Source: an uncultured candidatus Porisulfidus sp.
GTDB taxonomy: Bacteria; Pseudomonadota; Gammaproteobacteria; Poriferisulfidales; Poriferisulfidaceae
Assembly (NCBI GenBank): GCA_965204575.1
Contig: OZ241993.1
Coordinates: 1,472,001-1,536,000 of the forward strand
DNA length: 64,000 nucleotides
Reading direction: 5' to 3'
The notes under the pieces are model-generated. The model did not search any database and had not been told where the DNA came from. It worked only from the letters and a program-made list of their open reading frames with translations. Made by a program: the position numbers and the translations under genes. Position 1 is the first letter of the stretch. Every line of letters begins with the position of its first letter. Below are positions 8,950 to 18,274 of the stretch, piece after piece.

Positions 8950-10212
8950 TTAAGTGATTCCGCTAAACGGAATCACTTCCACGATAGCCCCTTTTTCAAC
9001 CGGGCCTTGCTCCAACGGCAGCACGATAAAGCAGTTTGCCTGACTCATCGAAGTCAGGATGCCGGAACCCTGTGCTCCAGTGCAGGAGACCGTGTGGCTG
9101 CCATCCTCCGTCTGTTGGAGAATACCCCGCTGGTATTCCACACGCCCTTGCCGCTTGCGTAGCGAAGATGTAACCGGAACGCGCAAAGCCAATGGCCGCT
9201 GCTCAGTGGCACCCGCCATGCGGAGCAGGGCAGGTCGCACGAACTGATAGAAAGTCACCATCACTGAGACCGGATTTCCGGGCAACCCGAAGAATTTCGC
9301 TGCCCCAATCCGGCCAAACGCCAAGGGGCGCCCGGGTTTGATCGCGACTTTCCAGAAGTTCACGTCGCCTAGCTCGCCCAGCACTTCCTTCACGTAGTCG
9401 GCCTCCCCGACCGAGACCCCGCCAGATGTGATGACCATATCAGCCTGCTCAGAAGCCTCGTGAAACGCCTGGACAACCGCGGCACGATCGTCACGCACCA
9501 CGCCCAAATCCAAGGCGTCTACATGAAGATGCCGCAGCATGGCCGACAGGGTGTAGCGGTTGCTGTTGTAGATTTGACCGTCCTCCAGGGGTTCGCCGAC
9601 TTCCCGAAGCTCATCTCCGGTCGAGAAGAAAGCGACCCGAATGCGGCGGCGTACGAAAACCTTGGGAATGCCGACCGAGGCAAGCAAGCCCAGCTCCACA
9701 GGTCCGAGCAAATGTCCGGGTTCCAATATCACGCTTCCTGCGGCAATGTCTTCGCCTGCAGCCCGGACGTTCTGCCCGGGTTTCTCTCCGGGCGAGATTT
9801 CGATTTCCGTGTCGCTAACCGCCCGGACCCGCTCCTGGATGACAACGGTGTCTGCCGCATCCGGCATGACCCCCCCGGTCATGATGCGAACACATTCTCC
9901 AGAGCCTACCGAACCGCCGTGGGGATGGCCCGCAAACGACGACCCGATCAAAGTGAAGGTTTTGGATTCTTGGGCGGGCAAGTCCTGCCCCCGCACGGCG
10001 TAGCCGTCCATCGCCGAGTTTGTGTGGCCGGGCACATCGATTTCCGAGCGCACTTCGGCGGCTAGCACACGATCCAGCGCCTCCATGGTCGAAACTGTTT
10101 CCGTTTCCGTTATGGGCTGGACGACAGACTGAACGTGCTCACTGGCTTGATCCGGTGTGATCGACTCTGGATCAAAATCGTCCATGCAGCTGAAAGAGGT
10201 TTTGGCATTCAT
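8950..10212 (-). CDS. moeA: Molybdopterin molybdotransferase
   Basis: SAMDGYAV, RIMTGG, STGDEL, SGGVSVG, KPGRP, GLPGNPVS and QGSGIL. Confidence 0.95.
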   Translation of the reverse strand: MNAKTSFSCMDDFDPESITPDQASEHVQSVVQPITETETVSTMEALDRVLAAEVRSEIDVPGHTNSAMDGYAVRGQDLPAQESKTFTLIGSSFAGHPHGGSVGSGECVRIMTGGVMPDAADTVVIQERVRAVSDTEIEISPGEKPGQNVRAAGEDIAAGSVILEPGHLLGPVELGLLASVGIPKVFVRRRIRVAFFSTGDELREVGEPLEDGQIYNSNRYTLSAMLRHLHVDALDLGVVRDDRAAVVQAFHEASEQADMVITSGGVSVGEADYVKEVLGELGDVNFWKVAIKPGRPLAFGRIGAAKFFGLPGNPVSVMVTFYQFVRPALLRMAGATEQRPLALRVPVTSSLRKRQGRVEYQRGILQQTEDGSHTVSCTGAQGSGILTSMSQANCFIVLPLEQGPVEKGAIVEVIPFSGIT

Positions 10213-10733
10213 CGACGTGCCCTCCTCAGAAGGACGTTGACGGCTCCGGTGTTGCCGGGAACACTGTGAAAGCCGAGAACCTCCGGGTGCTGGCGCAATG
10301 CGGCGTCGACCAATCCCTTCAGGCGTGAACCTTGACTCTCAGAGTGGTGTCCTTTTCCGTGGATCAGGCACAGGAGACGGCGATTCATCTGTTGCGCATG
10401 GGCGATAGCGGCCGCGATGGTATCGCAAGCTTCCCGCGCATCTTGGCCATGCAGGTCGATTTCCTCGGGAGAAGGAGATAACCGGCCTCTGCGCAAATTC
10501 TGGTAATCCTTGTCCAGCAACCCGGGACGGCGCCAATTCAGGATCTCCCGCCTATCCATGGGTTTCGCCTCGGGAACTTCGATCGGACGTTCTCGCGCCG
10601 CCTGCCGTGTCGCAGGAGGCTGGGGCTCGGGCGTCGAGAATGCGCGGTCAGAGCGGGAGCGACGTCCGAGAGGGGCAACCCCCGTCATGGCCTGCTCAAA
10701 CGCCTCAAGGTCTTCGTTGCGGGCTTTATCCAT
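10209..10733 (-). CDS. Smr/MutS2-domain protein
   Basis: F..AM.GV.PL N-terminus, IDLHG, IHGKG and TGAVNVLL; start placed at MDKAR. Confidence 0.85.
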   Translation of the reverse strand: MDKARNEDLEAFEQAMTGVAPLGRRSRSDRAFSTPEPQPPATRQAARERPIEVPEAKPMDRREILNWRRPGLLDKDYQNLRRGRLSPSPEEIDLHGQDAREACDTIAAAIAHAQQMNRRLLCLIHGKGHHSESQGSRLKGLVDAALRQHPEVLGFHSVPGNTGAVNVLLRRARR

Positions 10734-10902
10734 AGTGAAAGACAAAGGAAAACGGCAATTTCCAAGTATATGCAATTCATTTTCGCATGAGGCCATCCTC
10801 TGCGAAAGGCGAGCGCAAGTCTATTCTTTCCAAGTTTGCGGGCGCGAAGTTAAAATAGGCTGAACAGGCCGGCTTCCGGGTTCCGGCAATTCTGCACAGA
10901 CC

Positions 10903-11658
10903 ATGCGCCTACTGCTGAGCAACGATGACGGGTACCAGGCCCCCGGTCTTGAGTGTCTGGCCGAACACTTGGGCGCATTGGCCGAATTGACGGTGATTGC
11001 GCCTTCTCGCGACCGTAGCGGCGCAAGCAACTCCCTGACGCTTGACCGCGACCTGCATGTGTGCACGGCTCCCAATGGCTTCTATTACGTGGAAGAGGGC
11101 ACCCCGACCGATTGCGTGCACCTGGGTATCACCGGGCTGATGGATCCGGAGCCGGACATGGTTGTGTCCGGCATCAACAATGGCGCCAATTTGGGAGACG
11201 ATGTGCTTTATTCGGGCACGGTTGCGGCTGCCATGGAAGGACGGACATTGGGGTTCCCGGCGATCGCGGTTTCGATAACGTCCCGTACCCCGCAACACTA
11301 TGAGACGGCCGCGCACATTGCCTGTTCCCTGGTTCGCCGCCTGTCGGAGCGGGCACTTCCCCCAGAAATTATTCTCAACATCAACGTTCCAGACCTGCCG
11401 TTGGAAGATTTGCGCGGCTTGCGCATGACTCGGCTGGGCCATCGGCATCGCGCGGAGCCTGCGATTCGGCAAGAGGATGTAGATGATCGTTCCGTCTGGC
11501 GCGTCGGACCACCGGGGCCGGACAAGGATGGGGGAGAAGGCACCGACTTTCATGCGGTGCGCGAAGGTTTCGCTTCCGTCACGCCGATGCAGGTAGACTT
11601 GACTCGACACCGTGATTTCGACAGCCTGTCGAAATGGCTGCAACAGATCGCCTTGTGA
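10903..11658 (+). CDS. surE: 5'/3'-nucleotidase SurE
   Basis: LSNDDG, SGASNSLTL, GTPTDCV and SGINNGANLGDDVLYSGTV. Confidence 0.96.
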   Translation: MRLLLSNDDGYQAPGLECLAEHLGALAELTVIAPSRDRSGASNSLTLDRDLHVCTAPNGFYYVEEGTPTDCVHLGITGLMDPEPDMVVSGINNGANLGDDVLYSGTVAAAMEGRTLGFPAIAVSITSRTPQHYETAAHIACSLVRRLSERALPPEIILNINVPDLPLEDLRGLRMTRLGHRHRAEPAIRQEDVDDRSVWRVGPPGPDKDGGEGTDFHAVREGFASVTPMQVDLTRHRDFDSLSKWLQQIAL

Positions 11659-12320
11659 AAGCGCATAAGAACGAAGGAGCCGGCATGACCGCCGCTCGGC
11701 ACCAAGCAGCCTTGATCGAGCGTTTGCGCGAGAAGGGGATTGGGAACGAAGCTGTACTGCAAGCCATCCAGGAGACTCCTCGGCACCGTTTCGTGAGCGA
11801 CGCGGTCGCCCGTCACGCCTATCGCGATGATGCCTTGCCGATTGGCTACGATCAGACCATTTCCCAACCGTACGTGGTGGCCTTCATGACGCAGGCCCTG
11901 TTGGAGGAGGAGCCTCCCCAGATTGTGCTTGAGATCGGAACCGGATCCGGCTATCAATCCGCAGTTCTGGCGAAGCTGGTGAAACGGGTCTACAGTATCG
12001 AGCGCATTCCCCAGTTGCATCGACAGTCGAGCCAACGCCTTCGCGAACTAGGCATCCACAACGTCTCCACCCGCCTGGGGGATGGAAGCCGAGGGTGGCC
12101 CGAACGTGCGCCTTACGAGGCGATCATGCTCACGGCAGCCAGTCCCGCCCCGCCCGAAGCGCTTCTGGAACAACTGTCCGAAGGGGGCCGATTGCTAATC
12201 CCGGAGGGCGCGCCCCAGGAAGTCCAGACGCTGGTACGCTACGTCAGGACAGCAAGAGGCATCACTCGAGAAGATCTTCTAGACGTGTTGTTTGTACCGC
12301 TGGTCTCTCAGGCAGGCTGA
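11655..12320 (+). CDS. pcm: Protein-L-isoaspartate O-methyltransferase
   Basis: QTISQPYVVA, LEIGTGSGYQ and FVPL; GTG start overlaps the surE stop. Confidence 0.94.
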   Translation: MKAHKNEGAGMTAARHQAALIERLREKGIGNEAVLQAIQETPRHRFVSDAVARHAYRDDALPIGYDQTISQPYVVAFMTQALLEEEPPQIVLEIGTGSGYQSAVLAKLVKRVYSIERIPQLHRQSSQRLRELGIHNVSTRLGDGSRGWPERAPYEAIMLTAASPAPPEALLEQLSEGGRLLIPEGAPQEVQTLVRYVRTARGITREDLLDVLFVPLVSQAG

Positions 12321-12321
12321 T

Positions 12322-12903
12322 ATGCGCTTGTTCGCCCCGTTATACGACCAGACTCTGCGCTGGGCCCGTCACGCACAGGCACCCTGGGCCCTGAGCATAC
12401 TGAGCTTTGCGGAATCCGTCATATTTCCCATTCCGACGGACGTGATGCTGGCACCCATGGTACTGGCGCAGCCGCTGAAATGGCTGCATTACGCGGCTCT
12501 TGCGACGATTTTCTCGGTGTTCGGCGGTGTTTTCGGTTACCTGCTGGGAGCTTGGGCGTTCGACTGGGCCTCCGCCTGGCTTCTGGCCAATGATGGAACT
12601 CAGGCATTTGCGGAGGCACAGCAACTGTTCCAGGAGTGGGGGGTCTGGTTTGTTTTCATTGCCGCCTTCACGCCTGTCCCCTACAAGGTATTCACGATCA
12701 GCGCCGGCTTCATGACGCTGGCGCTGATACCATTCGTTATCGCCTCAATAGCGGGCCGGGCAGCACGGTTCTTCCTCGTTGCCGGCCTTGTGCGCTGGGT
12801 GGGGGCTCGGTATGAGCCCTTGTTGCGTCGTCACATAGAATCTGTCGGCTGGCTGATCGTCGCCATTTTGATTATGGTCTTCGTGTACCGAGAATGGTTC
12901 TGA
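12322..12903 (+). CDS. yqaA: YqaA/DedA-family membrane protein
   Basis: SFAESVIFPIPTD and FTPVPYKVFTISAG. Confidence 0.88.
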   Translation: MRLFAPLYDQTLRWARHAQAPWALSILSFAESVIFPIPTDVMLAPMVLAQPLKWLHYAALATIFSVFGGVFGYLLGAWAFDWASAWLLANDGTQAFAEAQQLFQEWGVWFVFIAAFTPVPYKVFTISAGFMTLALIPFVIASIAGRAARFFLVAGLVRWVGARYEPLLRRHIESVGWLIVAILIMVFVYREWF

Positions 12904-13667
12904 AGAAGAGTGTCTGGCAGGCCCTGATCCTTGGGGTGCTGTGTACCGGGAGCGTCTCTTGCGGGGTTCTCTCAGACATCCTGCCGTCAGACATCCTACC
13001 GCTTCTCAAGTCCACCGCCTCTTCCGAAAAAAAACAAAAAAAATTAAAGGCCTGCTATCCGGTCAGGAACAAGGAGATTACCTATATCGTGCGCAAAGGC
13101 GACACGTTGAGCGAAATTGCAGAATGCTTCAAGACGCGTTGGTATTACATCGCCAAACGGAACGGGATCAAGGACCCCAACCAGATTAAAGTCGGGCAGA
13201 AACTGATCATTCCACCACGGTCAGGCAAGGCGACGAGCAGCAGCGGGAGAAAGGGCAAAAGCGTTTCCACGTCTTCACGACCGCCGACCCGTGCAAAGAG
13301 CGGCATCAACTGGATTTGGCCGGCTCAGGGCAAGATCATTCGGAAATTCTCTTCCAAGGGGTCAGGGAAGCAGGGAATCTCGATCTCCGGCAAGATGGGA
13401 CAGAAGATCGTATCCGCAGCTCCGGGCAAGGTGGTCTACAGCGGAGAAGGGCTGGTTGGTTACGGGAAACTGATCATCGTGCAGCACAAGAGAGATTTCC
13501 TGACCGCCTATGCGCATAACAACCGCTTGCTGGTCAAGGAGGGGCAATCAGTCAAGAGAGGGCAGACCATTGCACATATGGGGAAGACGGCGGCGAAGAC
13601 GCCGCGGCTTCATTTCGAGATTCGCTATAAAGGGAATGCCGTCGACCCGATGAAATACCTGCCTTAG
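12894..13667 (+). CDS. nlpD: LysM + M23 lipoprotein (NlpD-like amidase activator)
   Basis: Lipobox SVSC, LysM YIVRKGDTL, WIWPAQG, GYGKLIIVQH, AYAHN and LHFEIR. Confidence 0.88.
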   Translation: MVLKKSVWQALILGVLCTGSVSCGVLSDILPSDILPLLKSTASSEKKQKKLKACYPVRNKEITYIVRKGDTLSEIAECFKTRWYYIAKRNGIKDPNQIKVGQKLIIPPRSGKATSSSGRKGKSVSTSSRPPTRAKSGINWIWPAQGKIIRKFSSKGSGKQGISISGKMGQKIVSAAPGKVVYSGEGLVGYGKLIIVQHKRDFLTAYAHNNRLLVKEGQSVKRGQTIAHMGKTAAKTPRLHFEIRYKGNAVDPMKYLP

Positions 13668-14038
13668 GCCGGCAGGATCAGGCAGGCTACGACATTCCGT
13701 CCATCCTGGGCGAGCAGGTTATAGGTCCGGCAGGCCGCGACCGTAGTCATAGCCTCCAGGCCGATCTCCCGGCTCAGCAGTGCCCCGTAGACCTCCGGGT
13801 CCGGCAGTTGGAGGTCTGCGCCCGTGCCGAGAATCACCAATTCAGGCTGGTGATCAATTACCGTTGAGAAATGTTCCGGTTTCAATGGCTCGCCAGCGAC
13901 GACGGGCCATGCCTGCACTGGCTGGCCGGGCAGCAGCATGAAGCTTTCCGTTAAATCCTGCTCATTGACGCGGATTCCCTCCGCGCTGCACGAGTGGATG
14001 ATGAATTCCGCCGCCGCGTGATCTTCCGCAAACTGCAT
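13664..14038 (-). CDS. Mth938-like domain protein
   Basis: PELVILGTG and GLEAMTTVAACRTYNLL. Confidence 0.88.
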   Translation of the reverse strand: MQFAEDHAAAEFIIHSCSAEGIRVNEQDLTESFMLLPGQPVQAWPVVAGEPLKPEHFSTVIDHQPELVILGTGADLQLPDPEVYGALLSREIGLEAMTTVAACRTYNLLAQDGRNVVACLILPA

Positions 14039-14117
14039 GCCTAATACTATAATGGCTTAATGCAGGGCGTTAGCCGTTGCTCCCGACCATCGAAAACCGA
14101 CTAGCGGCCGTTTTCCC

Positions 14118-15299
14118 GTGACCGAAGAGTTCCAGCGCGTCTCGCGCCTTCCCCCCTATGTATTCAGCATCGTCAGCGACCTGAGGTCCAAGGCGCGTCG
14201 ACGCGGCGAAGACATCATCGATTTTGGGATGGGCAACCCGGATCAGCCCACGCCGCAGCATATCGTGGACAAGCTCTGCGAAACCGTGGCCCGGGGCGAC
14301 ACGCATCGGTATTCCACCTCGCGCGGCATCCCACGCCTGCGCCAGGCAATCGCCGGCTGGTACCGACAAAAATTCGACGTAGAGCTCGATCCGGAGACGG
14401 AAGCCATCGTGACGATCGGATCAAAAGAGGGCTTGGCTCACCTGGCCTTGGCCGTGCTGTCTCCGGGAGACATGGTGGTCGTGCCGAATCCGGCCTATCC
14501 GATCCACCCGTACAGTTGCGTCATCGCCGGGGCCGAACTCAACTACGTGCCCATAGACGATGAAGAAGAATTCCTGAACTCCCTGCAGCAGACCATCGAG
14601 AATTGCTGGCCGCGTCCGAAAATGCTGCTGCTGAATTTTCCCTGCAATCCGACGGGGCATTGCGTGGGATTGGATTTCTACGCCAAGGTGGTGGACATTG
14701 CGCAAGAATACAAACTGTGGGTAGTCCAGGACATCGCTTACGCTGAATTGGCCTTTGACGACTACGTGGTGCCGTCCATCCTGCAGGTAAAGGGAGCCAA
14801 GGACGTGGCGGTAGAGTTTTATACTCTGTCGAAGTCCTACAACATGCCAGGCTGGAGGGTCGGGTTTATGTGCGGGAATGCACGCTTGGTCAGTGCGCTT
14901 TCGCGAATCAAGTCCTACGTGGATTACGGGCTGTTCACCCCGATCCAAGTGGCCGCCATCGCCGCGTTGGAAGGACCGCAGGATTGTATCCGCGAAATCT
15001 GCCAGATGTACCAGGAGCGCCGGGATGTGCTGTGCGACGGGCTGAACGCGATGGGCTGGCCCGTGACGAAGCCGTCCGCGACCATGTTTGTGTGGGCGCC
15101 ACTTCCGGAAGCCTGCGCGGACCTGGGGTCGCTTGAATTCAGCAAGATGCTCTTGAAACGGGCCAAGGTCGCGGTTTCACCGGGGATCGGGTTCGGGCAG
15201 CACGGCAACGGGCATGTCCGCTTCAGCCTGATTGAAAACACGCAAAGGACCCGCCAGGCGCTGCGCAATATCAAGTCGATGATGAGGGACGCGGAATGA
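14118..15299 (+). CDS. alaC: Alanine transaminase (class I/II aminotransferase)
   Basis: RLPPYVF, DFGMGNPD, TIGSKEG and SKSYNMPGWRVG; upstream of hom-thrC. Confidence 0.88.
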   Translation: MTEEFQRVSRLPPYVFSIVSDLRSKARRRGEDIIDFGMGNPDQPTPQHIVDKLCETVARGDTHRYSTSRGIPRLRQAIAGWYRQKFDVELDPETEAIVTIGSKEGLAHLALAVLSPGDMVVVPNPAYPIHPYSCVIAGAELNYVPIDDEEEFLNSLQQTIENCWPRPKMLLLNFPCNPTGHCVGLDFYAKVVDIAQEYKLWVVQDIAYAELAFDDYVVPSILQVKGAKDVAVEFYTLSKSYNMPGWRVGFMCGNARLVSALSRIKSYVDYGLFTPIQVAAIAALEGPQDCIREICQMYQERRDVLCDGLNAMGWPVTKPSATMFVWAPLPEACADLGSLEFSKMLLKRAKVAVSPGIGFGQHGNGHVRFSLIENTQRTRQALRNIKSMMRDAE

Positions 15300-16618
15300 A
15301 TGGAAATGAGATGAAGGTCGGATTGCTGGGGCTCGGTTGCGTGGGCTGCGGCGTTATTCGCGCGTTGTCACGCAACCAGGAAGAAATCGAACGCCGGGCT
15401 GGCCGGCGCTTGGATATCGTCGTCGCCTGCGCCAGAGACCTGAACAAGGAACGGGACTGCGACCTCGACGGAATCCAGCTGGCGCAGGATCCGCAGCAGG
15501 TCGTGGATCATCCGGAAGTGGACGTGGTGATCGAACTGATGGGCGGCATCGATCCCGCACGCGAACTGATCCTGCGTGCAATCGACCAAGGTCGGCCGGT
15601 GATTACTGCGAACAAGCACCTGATCGCCCTGCACGGGAGCAAGATATTCGCGCGCGCAGAGCAGAAGGGCGTCAACATTGCATTCGAGGCAGCCGTTGCG
15701 GGCAGCATTCCGATCATCAAGAACATCCGGGAAAGCCTGAGCGGGAACCGGATCGAATGGATTGCCGGGATCATCAACGGCACGGGCAACTACATCCTCA
15801 CGGCAATGGAAGAGGAAGGCCGCCCGTTTTCGGAAATACTTGCCGAAGCACAGCGGCTCGGCTACGCGGAGGCGGACCCGACTTTTGATGTCGACGGCAC
15901 CGATGCTGCGCACAAGCTGACGATTCTGGCCTCAATCGCCTTCGGCATTCCCCTGTCTTACGAGCATGTACATGTTGAAGGGATCTCGGACATCACTTCG
16001 GAAAACATCGCGGATGCCCGTTCCCTGGGTTACCGGATCAAGCATCTGGGCATCGCCAAGAGGGCAGACGAAGGAATCGAACTGCGAGTCCACCCCACCC
16101 TGATCCCGTGTTCACGCCTAGTGGCCAATGTTGCCGGAGTCATGAATGCCGTGGTCGTGAAGTCCGATGCAGCGGGGGCACATCTGTACTATGGCGCCGG
16201 CGCCGGTGGAGACCCGACGGCTTCGGCAGTCATCGCGGATCTTGTGGATGTGGTGCGGACGCTGACCACTGATGCAGAAAACCGAGTGCCACACTTGGCC
16301 TACCAGCCCCATGCATTGAGCGACATTCCCATCCTGCCGATCGGGCAGGTCACGACCGCCTGCTATCTGAGATTGCAGGCAATCGACCGCCCCGGCGTTC
16401 TGGCTTCGGTCACCGACATCCTCGGCAGCCTGGGAATCAGCATCGAGGCGATCCAGCAACGTGAGCCCGACGCCGAAGGTGCGGACGGCAGCGTTCCGGT
16501 AATTCTGCTGACCCACGAAGTTCCGGAAGATCGCATGAACCAGGCACTTTCGCACATTGAGGAATTGGATGACATCGTTGCCCCCGTTCAGAGGATTCGG
16601 ATCGAACTTCTGAAATAA
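15296..16618 (+). CDS. hom: Homoserine dehydrogenase with C-terminal ACT domain
   Basis: GLLGLGCVG, ITANK, FEAAVAGSIP, GIINGTGNYIL, GYAEADP and DRPGVL. Confidence 0.95.
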   Translation: MNGNEMKVGLLGLGCVGCGVIRALSRNQEEIERRAGRRLDIVVACARDLNKERDCDLDGIQLAQDPQQVVDHPEVDVVIELMGGIDPARELILRAIDQGRPVITANKHLIALHGSKIFARAEQKGVNIAFEAAVAGSIPIIKNIRESLSGNRIEWIAGIINGTGNYILTAMEEEGRPFSEILAEAQRLGYAEADPTFDVDGTDAAHKLTILASIAFGIPLSYEHVHVEGISDITSENIADARSLGYRIKHLGIAKRADEGIELRVHPTLIPCSRLVANVAGVMNAVVVKSDAAGAHLYYGAGAGGDPTASAVIADLVDVVRTLTTDAENRVPHLAYQPHALSDIPILPIGQVTTACYLRLQAIDRPGVLASVTDILGSLGISIEAIQQREPDAEGADGSVPVILLTHEVPEDRMNQALSHIEELDDIVAPVQRIRIELLK

Positions 16619-16635
16619 GGGGGATCAAATGGAAT

Positions 16636-17766
16636 ATGGAGACACGACGCTACACCGGGTTGATTGACCGTTATCGGGAATTCCTGCCCATTGCGCAGGA
16701 CACGCCAGCGGTTACCCTGTGCGAGGGTGATACCCCGCTCATCGAGTTGAAGCGACTGCCTCGCGAATGGGGGACGGACTGCCGGGTGTTGGCCAAGTTC
16801 GAAGGGCTCAACCCGACCGGCTCATTCAAGGATCGAGGCATGACCGTGGCGGTGACCCGAGCCGCGGAAGCGGGCAGCCGGGCGATCATCTGCGCATCTA
16901 CGGGCAACACTTCGGCATCCGCTGCGGCTTATGCCACTCGGGCCGGCATGGAATGTTTCGTGCTGATTCCAGAAGGAAACGTGGCACTCGGAAAACTTGC
17001 CCAGGCGATTATGCACGGCGCGACCATCCTCCAGATCAAGGGGAATTTCGACGATGGCATGCGACTCGTCCGGAAAGTGGGTGAGGAAATGCCCGTATCC
17101 ATCGTCAATTCAATCAATCCCTACCGGCTCCAGGGACAAAAAACCATCGCCTATGAAGTCGTTGGTGCTTTGGCAGGCGTACCGGATTACCATTGCCTCC
17201 CGGTCGGGAATGCGGGCAATATCAGCGCGCACTGGATCGGATACAGCGAATTGGCCGGCTGCCGCTCCGAAGTGACGGAAGCCTGCGAGTCTTCGTTGGA
17301 CTCACACAATATCGAAGTGCCGAAACAGGTCGACAAACGACCGGTCATGGTGGGTTACCAGGCCTCGGGCAGCGCCCCGTTCCTGCGGGGTAAATGGGTG
17401 GAGAAGCCGGAGACCCGAGCGACGGCCATCCGCATCGGCCACCCGCAGAGCTGGGATTACGCCTGGACCGTGCACCGCGAGTCGGGCGGCTGGTTCGATG
17501 AATGCACGGACGAAGAAATCCTGGAAACGCAAAGGCAGCTGGCCAGCAATGAGGGAATTTTCTGCGAGCCGGCGTCGGCCGTGTCGGTCGCGGGCGTCAT
17601 GCGGGACATCCGCTCGGGCAAGATCGAAAATGGCAGTACCGTGGTCTGCACACTGACGGGGCACGGATTGAAGGACCCCAGCGTGGTCGAGGACGTGAAA
17701 CTGGAAAGCGTCGAACCCACTCTGGCGAACATCAAGGACGCAATCGGGAACAAGCTGGGAACCTGA
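16636..17766 (+). CDS. thrC: Threonine synthase
   Basis: EGLNPTGSFKDRGM, CASTGNTSASAAAY, PVGNAGNI, FCEPASA and LTGHGLKDP. Confidence 0.95.
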   Translation: METRRYTGLIDRYREFLPIAQDTPAVTLCEGDTPLIELKRLPREWGTDCRVLAKFEGLNPTGSFKDRGMTVAVTRAAEAGSRAIICASTGNTSASAAAYATRAGMECFVLIPEGNVALGKLAQAIMHGATILQIKGNFDDGMRLVRKVGEEMPVSIVNSINPYRLQGQKTIAYEVVGALAGVPDYHCLPVGNAGNISAHWIGYSELAGCRSEVTEACESSLDSHNIEVPKQVDKRPVMVGYQASGSAPFLRGKWVEKPETRATAIRIGHPQSWDYAWTVHRESGGWFDECTDEEILETQRQLASNEGIFCEPASAVSVAGVMRDIRSGKIENGSTVVCTLTGHGLKDPSVVEDVKLESVEPTLANIKDAIGNKLGT

Positions 17767-17806
17767 GTCTCGCCTCGCTCCCGCACAGGAGACGGATCGG
17801 TTCAGA

Positions 17807-18250
17807 TCAAGACGCAGATTTGATGCAGCCCAGCCGGGTGAAGGGAATCAAGCGAGGCGTTGCCGTCTGATAGTCGCTGTAGGAAGGGTAACGCGACGCG
17901 GATATGGTTTCGGTCATTTTGGTCGAGCCGAAGAACACACCGGTAATCCTCCCCGCCGGGCTAATAGCCCCCTTTTCGCGCGTAATTGAATGTCAAGCGG
18001 ATTGTCCAGAGGCACACCAGAAGCGTCATCAAGTTCAGGCGGGATGATTCGAAATCCGCGCTTGAAGCAACCAGCGGGCAAAAAATATGGCCGGAGCCAT
18101 CGGCCAAACCCGATCGACCCACGAATATTCGCGCGTGATGATCGATAGCAGCCAGCACGTAATCGCCAAGACGATGGCGAGATCAAAAACGGCTCCATAC
18201 GGCGTGCCCACCATAGGATGGTTGATGAAGTTGAGGAGCGAAAGATCCAC
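17807..18250 (-). pseudogene. Decayed DUF1295 (steroid 5-alpha-reductase-like) membrane protein gene
   Basis: Fragments in different frames: EYSWVDRVW, then RLTFNYARKGGY*PGGEDYR, then FFGSTKMTETISASRYPSYSDYQTATPRLIP; frameshift at a T6 tract, in-frame TAG and a large internal deletion. Confidence 0.8.
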
Positions 18251-18274
18251 TGTCGGATCTGCCCCGAAGTTTGA

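Noticed and set aside
13027-13043. A8-C-A8 homopolymers in nlpD as a phase-variation site
   Set aside because: The frame is intact and the tract encodes a Lys-rich linker; there is no evidence of slippage from a single sequence
17961-17963. In-frame TAG in the DUF1295 remnant as pyrrolysine or readthrough
   Set aside because: The same gene has a frameshift and a large deletion, so decay is the simpler explanation
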